From Catenibacterium mitsuokai (lineage in GTDB: Bacteria > Bacillota_I > Bacilli_A > Erysipelotrichales > Coprobacillaceae): DNA of 32,000 nt. Within the stretch, counting starts at the first letter, position 1. Each line of letters starts with the position of its first letter. Below the pieces are notes generated by a model that saw nothing but the letters and a program-made list of their open reading frames with translations, did not search any database and had not been told where the DNA came from. Location: contig NZ_CP102271.1 of the NCBI RefSeq assembly GCF_025148785.1, positions 1,387,972 through 1,419,971 of the forward strand. The letters are read 5' to 3'. Shown piece by piece: positions 23,532 through 32,000 of this stretch. The position numbers and the translations under genes were made by a program.

Positions 23532-25463
23532 ATGTCAAATGCACATTATGATGAATCTGATATTCAAATCTTAAAAGGTCTAGAAGCCGTTAGAAAAAGA
23601 CCAGGAATGTACATCGGTTCAACTGATTCTCGTGGTTTACATCACCTTGTATGGGAAATCGTTGATAACTCTATTGATGAAGCTATTGCTGGTTATGGTA
23701 AGAAAATTACAGTTACATTACATAAAGACAACAGCGTAACGGTCGAAGATGAAGGCCGTGGTATGCCAACAGGTATTAATAAAGAAACAGGAAAGCCAAC
23801 AACAGAAGTTATCTTAACAGTATTACATGCTGGTGGTAAGTTCTCAGAAGATGGTGGTTATAAGACTTCAGGAGGACTACATGGTGTAGGTTCTTCTGTA
23901 GTAAATGCCCTCAGTGAATTTTTAGAGGTCACTGTCCATCGTGATGGTGTCATTCATACACAGCGCTTTGAAAAGGGTGCTACAAAAATTGGAAAGTTAA
24001 AGAAAGTAGGGAAAACAAATAAGACAGGTACAATTATTCATTTCAAACCTGATGCTTCTATTTTCTCTACCACAACATTTAGTTTCCAAACAATTAGTGA
24101 AAGACTACGTGAAGATGCATTCTTATTGAAGGGAATGACAATAGAACTTATTGATGAACGTACTGATAAAGATGAAACATATCAGTATGAGAAAGGCTTG
24201 GAAGAATTTATTGACTGGATCAATAATGATAAGGAAGCTGTATCACCTATTATCTCTTTTGATGATACAAATAACGAAATAGAAGTAGAGATTGCGATGC
24301 AGTTTACACAAAGCTATCAAGAGAATATTATTTCTTTTGTTAATTTAGTACGTACTGGAGATGGAGGTACACATGAAGTAGGATTCCGTTCTGGTTTGAC
24401 TAAGGTATTTAATGAATATGCGAGAAAATATGCCTTATTAAAGGCAAAGGATAAGAATCTTGAAGGCAGCGATGTACGTGAAGGATTGAATGCTATTATT
24501 TCTGTCAAAATTCCAGAAAAATATCTTCAGTTTGAAGGACAGACCAAATCTAAGCTTGGTTCACCTATTGCCCGTAATATTCTAGAGAATGTTACTTTTG
24601 AACGTATTACTTATTTCTTGGAAGAAAATAAAGATATTGCAGAAAAGCTGATTGAAAAGATGATCAAAGCAGCAAATGCAAGACAGGCAGCACGTAAGGC
24701 TAAGGAACAGGCAAGAAAAGGTAAAAATAACCGTGAGGCGAAATTCCTTAGTGGTAAATTGGCCCCTGCACAGTCTAAGAACAAGCGTAAGAATGAATTA
24801 TATCTTGTCGAGGGTGATTCTGCCGGTGGTAGTGCAAAACAGGGAAGAGACCGTAAATTCCAGGCTATTCTTCCACTTCGTGGTAAAGTTATCAATACAG
24901 AAAAAGCCACGCAGGCAGATATTTTAAAGAACGAAGAAATCAGCACAATGATTAATACAATTAATGCGGGTGTAGGTGCTGATTTTAATGCGGATGATAG
25001 TGCTTATGATAAGATTATCATCATGACCGATGCGGATACTGATGGAGCACATATCCAGATTTTGTTGCTTACATTCTTCTATCGTTATATGCGTGATTTG
25101 ATCAAAGCTGGTAAAGTTTATATCGCTATGCCACCTCTTTATAAAGTTTCTAAGAAATCCGGCAAAAAAGACAACGTCATCTATTGCTGGGATGAAAAGG
25201 ATTTAGAAGCCGCACGTAAGAAGATGGGAAGAGGCTACGATGTACAGCGTTACAAAGGTCTTGGTGAAATGAATGCTGAACAGTTATGGGAAACAACTAT
25301 GAATCCTGAAACACGTACACTCATTCAGGTTACTATTGATGATGCAGCAATTGTAGAAAGAAGTGTTTCTGTATTAATGGGTGATAAAGTACAGCCTAGA
25401 CGTGAATGGATTGAAAACAATGTACAATTCTCATTAGAAGATAGCTTCTTTATGGAAGGATAG
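23532..25463 (+). CDS. parE: DNA topoisomerase IV subunit B (type IIA topoisomerase ATPase/Toprim subunit)
   Basis: GHKL ATPase (VDNSIDEA, GLHGVG). Toprim motifs EGDSAGGSAKQGRDR, PLRGKVIN and DADTDGAH. The plsY-parE-parC order matches B. subtilis. ATG at 23532 is better spaced from GAGGAGG than the one at 23526. Confidence 0.8.
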   Translation: MSNAHYDESDIQILKGLEAVRKRPGMYIGSTDSRGLHHLVWEIVDNSIDEAIAGYGKKITVTLHKDNSVTVEDEGRGMPTGINKETGKPTTEVILTVLHAGGKFSEDGGYKTSGGLHGVGSSVVNALSEFLEVTVHRDGVIHTQRFEKGATKIGKLKKVGKTNKTGTIIHFKPDASIFSTTTFSFQTISERLREDAFLLKGMTIELIDERTDKDETYQYEKGLEEFIDWINNDKEAVSPIISFDDTNNEIEVEIAMQFTQSYQENIISFVNLVRTGDGGTHEVGFRSGLTKVFNEYARKYALLKAKDKNLEGSDVREGLNAIISVKIPEKYLQFEGQTKSKLGSPIARNILENVTFERITYFLEENKDIAEKLIEKMIKAANARQAARKAKEQARKGKNNREAKFLSGKLAPAQSKNKRKNELYLVEGDSAGGSAKQGRDRKFQAILPLRGKVINTEKATQADILKNEEISTMINTINAGVGADFNADDSAYDKIIIMTDADTDGAHIQILLLTFFYRYMRDLIKAGKVYIAMPPLYKVSKKSGKKDNVIYCWDEKDLEAARKKMGRGYDVQRYKGLGEMNAEQLWETTMNPETRTLIQVTIDDAAIVERSVSVLMGDKVQPRREWIENNVQFSLEDSFFMEG

Positions 25464-25473
25464 GTGATCAAAC

Positions 25474-28023
25474 ATGACAGAAAAAAATATTATTATGTCC
25501 TTAGAGGATATCATGGGTGACCGCTTTGGACGTTATTCTAAATATATTATCCAGGATCGTGCATTACCTGATGTAAGAGATGGATTAAAGCCAGTACAAA
25601 GAAGAATTCTATATGCTATGTGGAAAGAAGGAAATCTTCCTAACAAGCCATATCGTAAGTCAGCTAAGACGGTCGGTACTGTTATTGGTAATTATCATCC
25701 TCATGGAGATTCTTCTGTTTATGAAGCAATGGTTCGTTTATCACAGGATTGGAAGATGCGTATGCCTTTAGTAGATATGCAAGGTAATAACGGATCTATT
25801 GATAATGACCCAGCTGCTGCCATGCGTTATACTGAAGCACGTCTCGCACCTATTGCACTTGATCTCATTAAGGATATTGATAAAGAAACAGTGCCGATGG
25901 CACTCAACTTCGATGATACTGAATATGAACCAACTGTATTTCCTGCAAAATATCCGAACTTATTAGTTAATGGAGCTACAGGAATCTCAGCTGGTTATGC
26001 CACTGATATTCCTCCTCATAATTTAGAGGAAGTGATTGATGCTACTATTTACCGTATTAAGCATCCTCATTGTTCATTTGATGAACTTCATCAATTCATT
26101 AAAGGGCCTGATTTCCCTACTGGAGCGATTGTTGAAGGAGCCAGTGATATTGCGACTGCCTTAAGAACTGGTCGTGGTAAGGTTGTTGTTCGTTCACGTT
26201 ATAAAATTGTAGAACAGAAGAATATCAATCAGATTCTTATTACAGAAATCCCTTATGAAGTCAATAAGGCTGAACTTGTAAGAAAGATGGCTGAGATTCA
26301 GTTTAATCGTGATATTGATGGAATTATTGAAGTCAGAGATGAATCTGACCGTAATGGATTATGTATTGCAGTTGATTTAAAGAAGGATGTTGATGCAAGA
26401 AATACATTGAACTACTTCTTTAAAAATACAGATTTACAGAAGAACTATAACTATAATATGACTGCAATCAAGGATAAGCGTCCAGTATTAATGGGTATTG
26501 AAGATATTCTTGATGGCTATATCAAACATGAATGTGAAGTCGTTACTAAGCGTTCTATTTTTGATCTCAATAAAGCACAGGAACGTGAGCATATTGTAGA
26601 AGGGCTTATCAAGGCTATTTCTATTCTTGACGAAGTAGTCAAGACAATTAGAGCGTCTAAGGATAAGGCGGATGCAAAAGTGAATTTAATGAACGCTTTT
26701 GGCTTCACTGAAAGACAGGCAGAAGCGATTGTTACTTTACAGCTTTATCGTTTGACAAATACTGATATTGTATCCTTAGAAAATGAACAGAAAGAATTAC
26801 AGGCTCTCATTGAAAGTTTAAATGCGATTTTAACTAGTGAAAAAGTATTAAGAAAAGTAATTATAGATGAGTTAAAAGGGGTTAAGAAGAAATATCCAAC
26901 ACCTCGTTTGACTGAAATTAAAGATGAAATCATGGATACGTCTGTGAACCAGCAGGCAATGATCATTTCTGAAGATGTTTATGTATCTATTACACGTGAT
27001 GGCTACTTCAAGAAGATTTCTACACGTTCTTATAAAGCCTCTGATGAGAATACATTTGGGAAAAAAGATACTGATATGCTTGTTGACTTATTTGAAGCCA
27101 ATACATTGGATGTCATTCTTTCATTCACAAATAAAGGAAACTATTGTTTCGTGCCTGTTTATAAGTTAGAAGACTTCAAGTGGAAGGATCTAGGTAAACA
27201 TCTAAGTTATTTAATTAAATTAGGTAATGATGAGAAGATTATTGGTAATATTCTTGTTAAATCATTCGATTTAGACCAATATGTTGTCTTATCAAGCAAG
27301 AATGGACAAATTAAACGTGTAAGTATTAAGGACTTTAATGTCAGCCGTTTCTCTAAGCCATTAAAGTGTATGAATTTAAAGGATAATGATGAACTTATCA
27401 GTGTTGATATAAGTGATGGAACAAAGGGTATTATTACTGTCACTAAAGCAGGATATGGTACTTTATATAGTGAAGATGAAATATCTATATTAGGTGTAAA
27501 AGCAGGTGGCGTAAAAGGCATCAATATGCGTGATGATGAGGTTGCCTTTATGAGTGTCTTTGATCCTTCAATCGCTTCGTCTTTATTACTTGTTTTGAAT
27601 CCTGCCCATTTTAAACGTATTCATATAAGTGATATTCCAGCATGTCATCGTGCAACTAAAGGAACATTGTTATTTAAATCATTAAAGACAAAACCAACTA
27701 AGATTTTTACTGGATTTATCTGTAATCCACAGGATGAATTTACTATTAAGAGTGGTACAGAAACAATGAAGCTTGTATCTAAAGATATCAGCTTTGGTGC
27801 ACTAAGCGCTAAGGCCAACACTTTAAAACAATGCCCATTTGATTTTATTGATGATGTACATCTCACACGCTCTATGGTGATTAAAGAACATGCAAAAAAG
27901 AAAATAGAGGAAAATAAAGTAGATCTCACAATTAAAGATCCAAATCTATTTGATGAGATGGAAGGGGATCCTGATACAGAGTTTGAATTTATTTCAATGG
28001 ATGATTATCTTGATGAAAAGTAG
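25474..28023 (+). CDS. parC: DNA topoisomerase IV subunit A
   Basis: PDVRDGLKPVQRRILYAM, YHPHGDSSVYEAMVR and the catalytic Tyr in AAMRYTEARL. No obvious GyrA box in the C-terminal domain. Acidic C-terminal tail. Confidence 0.8.
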   Translation: MTEKNIIMSLEDIMGDRFGRYSKYIIQDRALPDVRDGLKPVQRRILYAMWKEGNLPNKPYRKSAKTVGTVIGNYHPHGDSSVYEAMVRLSQDWKMRMPLVDMQGNNGSIDNDPAAAMRYTEARLAPIALDLIKDIDKETVPMALNFDDTEYEPTVFPAKYPNLLVNGATGISAGYATDIPPHNLEEVIDATIYRIKHPHCSFDELHQFIKGPDFPTGAIVEGASDIATALRTGRGKVVVRSRYKIVEQKNINQILITEIPYEVNKAELVRKMAEIQFNRDIDGIIEVRDESDRNGLCIAVDLKKDVDARNTLNYFFKNTDLQKNYNYNMTAIKDKRPVLMGIEDILDGYIKHECEVVTKRSIFDLNKAQEREHIVEGLIKAISILDEVVKTIRASKDKADAKVNLMNAFGFTERQAEAIVTLQLYRLTNTDIVSLENEQKELQALIESLNAILTSEKVLRKVIIDELKGVKKKYPTPRLTEIKDEIMDTSVNQQAMIISEDVYVSITRDGYFKKISTRSYKASDENTFGKKDTDMLVDLFEANTLDVILSFTNKGNYCFVPVYKLEDFKWKDLGKHLSYLIKLGNDEKIIGNILVKSFDLDQYVVLSSKNGQIKRVSIKDFNVSRFSKPLKCMNLKDNDELISVDISDGTKGIITVTKAGYGTLYSEDEISILGVKAGGVKGINMRDDEVAFMSVFDPSIASSLLLVLNPAHFKRIHISDIPACHRATKGTLLFKSLKTKPTKIFTGFICNPQDEFTIKSGTETMKLVSKDISFGALSAKANTLKQCPFDFIDDVHLTRSMVIKEHAKKKIEENKVDLTIKDPNLFDEMEGDPDTEFEFISMDDYLDEK

Positions 28024-28094
28024 GAAATATCCTTTCTACCTCTATGTAATTGAATAAAAATAGTGTAAAATGACCTAAGAAAAGGAAGGTATAT

Positions 28095-29183
28095 ATGACA
28101 GAAATAAGATGTTATGGATGTGGCGCCATCATTCAAAGCGCTGATACTAAAAAGCCTGGCTATGTGCCAGAGTCTGCTTTAAGCAAAGAAAAGATTCTTT
28201 GTCAAAGATGTTATAAATTAATGCATTATCATCAGAAAATGGAATCTCATTTAACTAAAGATGATTTCTTACGTGTTTTACAGACTGTGGGAGAAAAAGA
28301 TTGTTTAGTTGTTTATATCGTTGACTTATTTGACTTTAATGGTTCACTTGTACCTGGTCTTATGCGTCATATTGGATATAATGATGTACTTGTGCTGGCA
28401 AATAAAAGAGATATCTTACCTAAGTCTTTAAAGGAACATCGCCTTAATACATGGGTAAGAAGACAATTCAAGGAATATGGAATCAAGCCTCTTGATGTTG
28501 TTGTAACAAGCGGCAAGAAGAATATGAACTTTGATGAAATCTTCGACAAGATTGATGAATATCGTCATGGCCGTGATGTTTATGTCGTAGGTATCACAAA
28601 TGTTGGTAAGTCTACATTTATCAACCGTATGCTGAAGAACTATTCAGATACGACTAATCTTATTACTACAAGTGAATTCCCTGGTACGACACTTGACTTA
28701 ATCAAGATTCCTCTTGATGATCATTCATCTTTATATGATACTCCAGGTATCTTGAATGAACATCAGTACACATCCATTGTGGATGAGAAAGATTTAGCTT
28801 ATATCATGCCTCAGGGAGAAGTAAGACCTATGTCTTTTCAGTTGAATTCTGATCAGTCAATCTTCTTCAGCGGTTTTGCGAGAATTGATTATACAAAAGG
28901 AAATAAAGGAAACTTTATCTGCTACTTCTCGAGAAATATGCAGATTCATCGTACAAAGACTGAAAAAGCAGATGAATTGTTTAATAGACATAAACAGTTA
29001 CAGGTTTATGGACCTGCTTCATCAATGAAGGAAATGAAAGCTTATGAATTCACTTTACCAGAAGAAAAGCGTGATATTGTGATTTCAGGTTTAGGATTTG
29101 TTTGTATTCATGCACCTAAAGGTAAGATTAAGGTTTATGTACCTGACGGTATTGATGTATTTATGAGAGAAAGTTTAATTTAG
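28095..29183 (+). CDS. yqeH: Ribosome biogenesis GTPase YqeH (circularly permuted GTPase with N-terminal Zn-ribbon)
   Basis: CYGCG...CQRC, then the permuted order NKRD (G4), GITNVGKST (G1), DTPG (G3). Confidence 0.9.
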   Translation: MTEIRCYGCGAIIQSADTKKPGYVPESALSKEKILCQRCYKLMHYHQKMESHLTKDDFLRVLQTVGEKDCLVVYIVDLFDFNGSLVPGLMRHIGYNDVLVLANKRDILPKSLKEHRLNTWVRRQFKEYGIKPLDVVVTSGKKNMNFDEIFDKIDEYRHGRDVYVVGITNVGKSTFINRMLKNYSDTTNLITTSEFPGTTLDLIKIPLDDHSSLYDTPGILNEHQYTSIVDEKDLAYIMPQGEVRPMSFQLNSDQSIFFSGFARIDYTKGNKGNFICYFSRNMQIHRTKTEKADELFNRHKQLQVYGPASSMKEMKAYEFTLPEEKRDIVISGLGFVCIHAPKGKIKVYVPDGIDVFMRESLI

Positions 29184-29194
29184 AGGATAAATGA

Positions 29195-29479
29195 ATGTTA
29201 AATAGTAAACAGAAGAAATTTTTAAGAAGTGAAGCACATAGCTTAAAGCCAATTTTCCAGGTTGGTAAAGATGGTGTCGGTGAAAAACAGATCAACAGCA
29301 TCAATGATGCCTTAAAAGCAAAAGAACTTATTAAAGTTAAATTATTAGATACATGCCCTGAAACAGTGAATGAAGTGGCTTTAGAAATCTCAATGGGTAC
29401 TAAAGCAGATGTTGTTCATATTATTGGACATACAATCATCTTCTTTAAATCAAGTGAAAAAGGAATTTATAAAATATAA
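29195..29479 (+). CDS. yhbY: CRM-domain RNA-binding protein YhbY/YqeI
   Basis: 94 aa. KQKKFLRSEAHSLKPIFQVGKDGV...ELIKVK matches the YhbY family. Confidence 0.85.
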   Translation: MLNSKQKKFLRSEAHSLKPIFQVGKDGVGEKQINSINDALKAKELIKVKLLDTCPETVNEVALEISMGTKADVVHIIGHTIIFFKSSEKGIYKI

Positions 29480-30579
29480 TGAAGATTGGTTTACTTGGTG
29501 GTAGTTTTGATCCTATCCATAAAGGGCATATAGAGATTGCAAGCGAAGCAATTACTTCGCTTTCTCTTGATTCATTTTACTTCATTCCTACTAAAAACAA
29601 CCCTTGGAAGGATAATCAGAATGCCCCTGGCGCAAGTCGTAAAGAAATGATAGAGATTGCGATTCACCAGGATCCAAAAATGAAAGTATGTACTATTGAA
29701 CTTGATTCTTTAAGTAATGAGAAGAATTATACAATTGATACAATTCATGCATTAAAGAAGATGTACCCTGATGATACATTGTATTATTTAATGGGTATGG
29801 ATCAGGCAATGGCTTTTGAAAAATGGAAAAATGCGGAAGATATTTCAAAATTAGTCCAGCTTGTTGCATTTAATAGAGGTGGTTATCCTACAACTCATCC
29901 TAATTTAGAGACATATCACTTTATTAAGATGGATAATGTAGAAATCACAGCATCTAGCACAGAAATTAAAGAAGGGGCATTAGATATGCTCGATAAAGAT
30001 GTACTTAGATATATCTCTCAAAATGGCCTTTATCTTGAAACTATGATTAGAAATAGAATGAAAGAAAAACGCTATAAACATACTCTAAGTGTCGCTTCTC
30101 TAACGAGAGATTTTTGTGAAAGTAATGGCATCGATCCTCTCAAGGGCTATATTGCCGGCATGATGCATGATGTTGCAAAAGAAATGCCTCATGATCAGGC
30201 TAAAAAACTGATGAAGAAGTATTATGCTTCTCATTTAGATCAGCCTGAACCTATCTGGCATCAATGGCTCTCACGTTATGTATGTGAGAATGAATTTCTT
30301 ATAAGTGATGAAGAAATCTTAAAAGCAATTGAAGATCATACAACGGCTTCTACATCCATGAGTCTTCTTGGTATGTGCTTATATTGTGCTGATAAGTTGG
30401 ATCCTTTAAGAGGATATGATTCATCAGAACAGATTACTTTATGTAAGCATGATATTGAAGCAGGATTTAGAAACTGTCTGACTGATTTTTATGAATTTTC
30501 AACAAAGAAGCATCGACCAATCGACCCATGTTTCTTTGAGGTTTATGATAAATATGTAAAAGGAGTTAATAATGACTAA
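29479..30579 (+). CDS. nadD: Fusion protein: nicotinate-nucleotide adenylyltransferase NadD (N-terminal) plus YqeK-type HD phosphohydrolase (C-terminal)
   Basis: N-terminal part has GGSFDPIHKGH and ITASSTEIK (the ISST motif), ending about LRYISQNGLY. C-terminal part has RYKHTLSVA...GMMHDVAKE (HD motif). One uninterrupted 366-codon frame. Confidence 0.85.
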   Translation: MKIGLLGGSFDPIHKGHIEIASEAITSLSLDSFYFIPTKNNPWKDNQNAPGASRKEMIEIAIHQDPKMKVCTIELDSLSNEKNYTIDTIHALKKMYPDDTLYYLMGMDQAMAFEKWKNAEDISKLVQLVAFNRGGYPTTHPNLETYHFIKMDNVEITASSTEIKEGALDMLDKDVLRYISQNGLYLETMIRNRMKEKRYKHTLSVASLTRDFCESNGIDPLKGYIAGMMHDVAKEMPHDQAKKLMKKYYASHLDQPEPIWHQWLSRYVCENEFLISDEEILKAIEDHTTASTSMSLLGMCLYCADKLDPLRGYDSSEQITLCKHDIEAGFRNCLTDFYEFSTKKHRPIDPCFFEVYDKYVKGVNND

Positions 30580-30916
30580 AGTAGAATGTATTGTGAAAGC
30601 AATGGACGATAAATTAGCCCAGGATATTGTGGCAATCAATATGGAGAACGCCTCTCCTTTATATGACACATTTATTTTATGTACTGCATCTAATAAACGT
30701 TTATTAAATGCAATTCAGGATAATGTTGTTGATCAATGTGAAATGAATGGTTTTGAAATTAAAAGCATAGAAGGCCGTGGCAATGCGGAATGGATCCTTA
30801 TCGATGCAGGTGATGTGATTTGTCATATCTTCTCTGAAGAAGCACGTAAAGAATATAATTTAGAAAAATTATGGAGCGATATGCCTACTATTGATATCAA
30901 GGAGTATCTTGCATAA
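30572..30916 (+). CDS. rsfS: Ribosomal silencing factor RsfS (Iojap/YqeL)
   Basis: 114 aa. DIVAINM...DTFILCTASN...WILIDAGDVICHIF...YNLEKLW matches the RsfS pattern. RBS AAGGAG. Confidence 0.9.
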   Translation: MTKVECIVKAMDDKLAQDIVAINMENASPLYDTFILCTASNKRLLNAIQDNVVDQCEMNGFEIKSIEGRGNAEWILIDAGDVICHIFSEEARKEYNLEKLWSDMPTIDIKEYLA

Positions 30917-31629
30917 TGGCTGCCTATAAAGAGTTTTCTTATTATTATGATTCTTTAATGGACCCAGACTTCTATTCAGATTATTTAAAATTCATTCATG
31001 AACATGCTGATCTTAAAACAGTATTAGAACTTGGATGTGGAACAGGCTTGACTGCTATTGAACTCGCAAAAGAAGGGCATCAGGTTCTAGCCACTGATTT
31101 ATCTGAAGATATGGTAAACATCACAGCCTTAAAAGCAAAAGATGAAGGTGTTGAACTTTTAACTGAAACAATCGATATGTGTGATTTTGCACTCTCTCAG
31201 CCTGTCGATACTATCCTTTGTTTAACCGATGCTATCAACTATGTTTTAAGTAAGAAAAAGGTACAGGATGTCTTCAATAACGTTTATGAAGGATTGAAAT
31301 ACAATGGTACTTTCATCTTTGATGTCAACAGCCTTTATAAATGCAATGTGATCTTAGATGATTATCATGAAAAAAATGAGGATGAAGATTTCTTCTTCTC
31401 ATGGGATGTGGAAAGTGACAACAAAGGTGGGATTACGCATCATATTATTATTGATGAAGACGGTCATCATGTTGATGAAACACATCATCAAAAAACTCTT
31501 CCTGTTGAAGAATATGTCAAAATGCTTAAAAAAGCAGGCTTTAAGTCTATTGCTTATTATAGCGATTTTGATGAATACCAGGAAGAGTGTGAACGCATTA
31601 TATTTGTAGTAAAGAAAGTGAGGGATTAA
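30916..31629 (+). CDS. Class I SAM-dependent methyltransferase (YqeM-like)
   Basis: SAM motif I VLELGCGTG and an acidic post-I residue (ATDLS). Position matches yqeM in the Bacillus yqe cluster. Confidence 0.8.
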   Translation: MAAYKEFSYYYDSLMDPDFYSDYLKFIHEHADLKTVLELGCGTGLTAIELAKEGHQVLATDLSEDMVNITALKAKDEGVELLTETIDMCDFALSQPVDTILCLTDAINYVLSKKKVQDVFNNVYEGLKYNGTFIFDVNSLYKCNVILDDYHEKNEDEDFFFSWDVESDNKGGITHHIIIDEDGHHVDETHHQKTLPVEEYVKMLKKAGFKSIAYYSDFDEYQEECERIIFVVKKVRD

Positions 31630-31630
31630 C

Positions 31631-32000
31631 ATGTTAGGTATTATTGGAGCAATGGAAGAAGAAGTGAATGAAATTCTTGCGTTGATGAAAGTTGAAAACG
31701 AATACCAAGAATGTAATTATCATTTTTATGAAGGCTTCTTAGGAAAAAAAGAAGTTGTTGTCGTACAGGGTGGTATCGGTAAAGTCAATGCCGCTATTTC
31801 AGCCACTCTTTTATTAAAGAACTTTGATATTGATCATGTAATCAATGTTGGTTCTGCCGGTGGACTTGATTTAAAAGAAAATGTTGGTGACGTCATCATT
31901 AGTGAAAAGGTTGTTCATCATGATGTAGATGTCACTGCTTTTGGACGTCCTTACGGACAGATTCCTGATATGCCTCTTTACTATGAAGCAGATCCTACTC
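31631..32000 (+). CDS. mtnN: 5'-methylthioadenosine/S-adenosylhomocysteine nucleosidase, N-terminal part (3' end outside the window)
   Basis: MLGIIGAMEEEV...VVVQGGIGKVNAA...VINVGSAGG. The frame is open to the window end. RBS GAGGGA. Not in the ORF track because no stop is present. Confidence 0.85.
   Translation, partial: MLGIIGAMEEEVNEILALMKVENEYQECNYHFYEGFLGKKEVVVVQGGIGKVNAAISATLLLKNFDIDHVINVGSAGGLDLKENVGDVIISEKVVHHDVDVTAFGRPYGQIPDMPLYYEADPT

Noticed and set aside
23526-28023. Calling the type IIA topoisomerase pair gyrB/gyrA.
   Set aside because: The location directly after plsY and in the tkt-yneF neighbourhood matches the conserved Firmicute plsY-parE-parC arrangement. No GyrA-box-like motif was seen in the C-terminal domain. 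The call is still unproven without phylogeny.
1-32000. CRISPR arrays, tandem repeats, rRNA, integrase or recombinase genes, and recognisable defence systems (RM, CBASS, retron, Abi and others).
   Set aside because: No regularly spaced direct repeats and no corresponding protein signatures were seen in any frame by visual inspection.

Overview
This is a low-GC, Bacillota-type chromosomal segment. All calls rest on motif recognition and manual inspection of both strands; no homology search or folding program was run. About 80% of the window is housekeeping genes in Bacillus-like synteny:
- Block 1: RNase J-like gene, ftsK, and a BMP-lipoprotein/ATPase/2-permease ABC transporter (nupNOPQ-like).
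- Block 2: an M16 peptidase pair, then ynzC-like, tkt, yneF-like, a histidine phosphatase, plsY, parE and parC.
- Block 3: yqeH, yhbY, a nadD-yqeK fusion, rsfS, a SAM methyltransferase and the start of mtnN.

Three accessory patches interrupt this backbone:
1. An intact IS30-family element (721-2055) with 30-bp imperfect inverted repeats and a perfect 13-bp target duplication. It sits about 35 bp upstream of the promoter of a tRNA-Arg(UCU) gene.
2. A tRNA-adjacent islet (2.3-3.7 kb). It encodes an IS1595-type Zn-ribbon/HTH protein that lacks the DDE domain, a coupled small protein and a membrane protein.
3. A roughly 4.1-kb, visibly more AT-rich insert (about 8.95-13.04 kb) that splits the BMP lipoprotein gene from its ABC ATPase. 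Its borders carry an imperfect 17-nt direct repeat. It contains gene fragments, an intact IS1595-family element with a perfect 8-bp target duplication, and two promoter-driven minus-strand hydrophobic micro-ORFs absent from the ORF track. One of these (32 aa, SHP-like N-terminus) is coupled to a ribbon-helix-helix gene.

Other points worth a second look:
- A promoter-driven, roughly 160-nt structured leader or sRNA candidate upstream of the ynzC-like gene.
- An RNase J paralogue with degenerate metal-binding motifs.
- A GC-rich tract plus a perfect 38-bp palindrome inside the IS30 leader.

I found no CRISPR array, rRNA, integrase or recognisable complete defence system. The peptide-RHH cassette and the decayed cassette array in the insert are the best candidates for something undescribed, but both remain inference.
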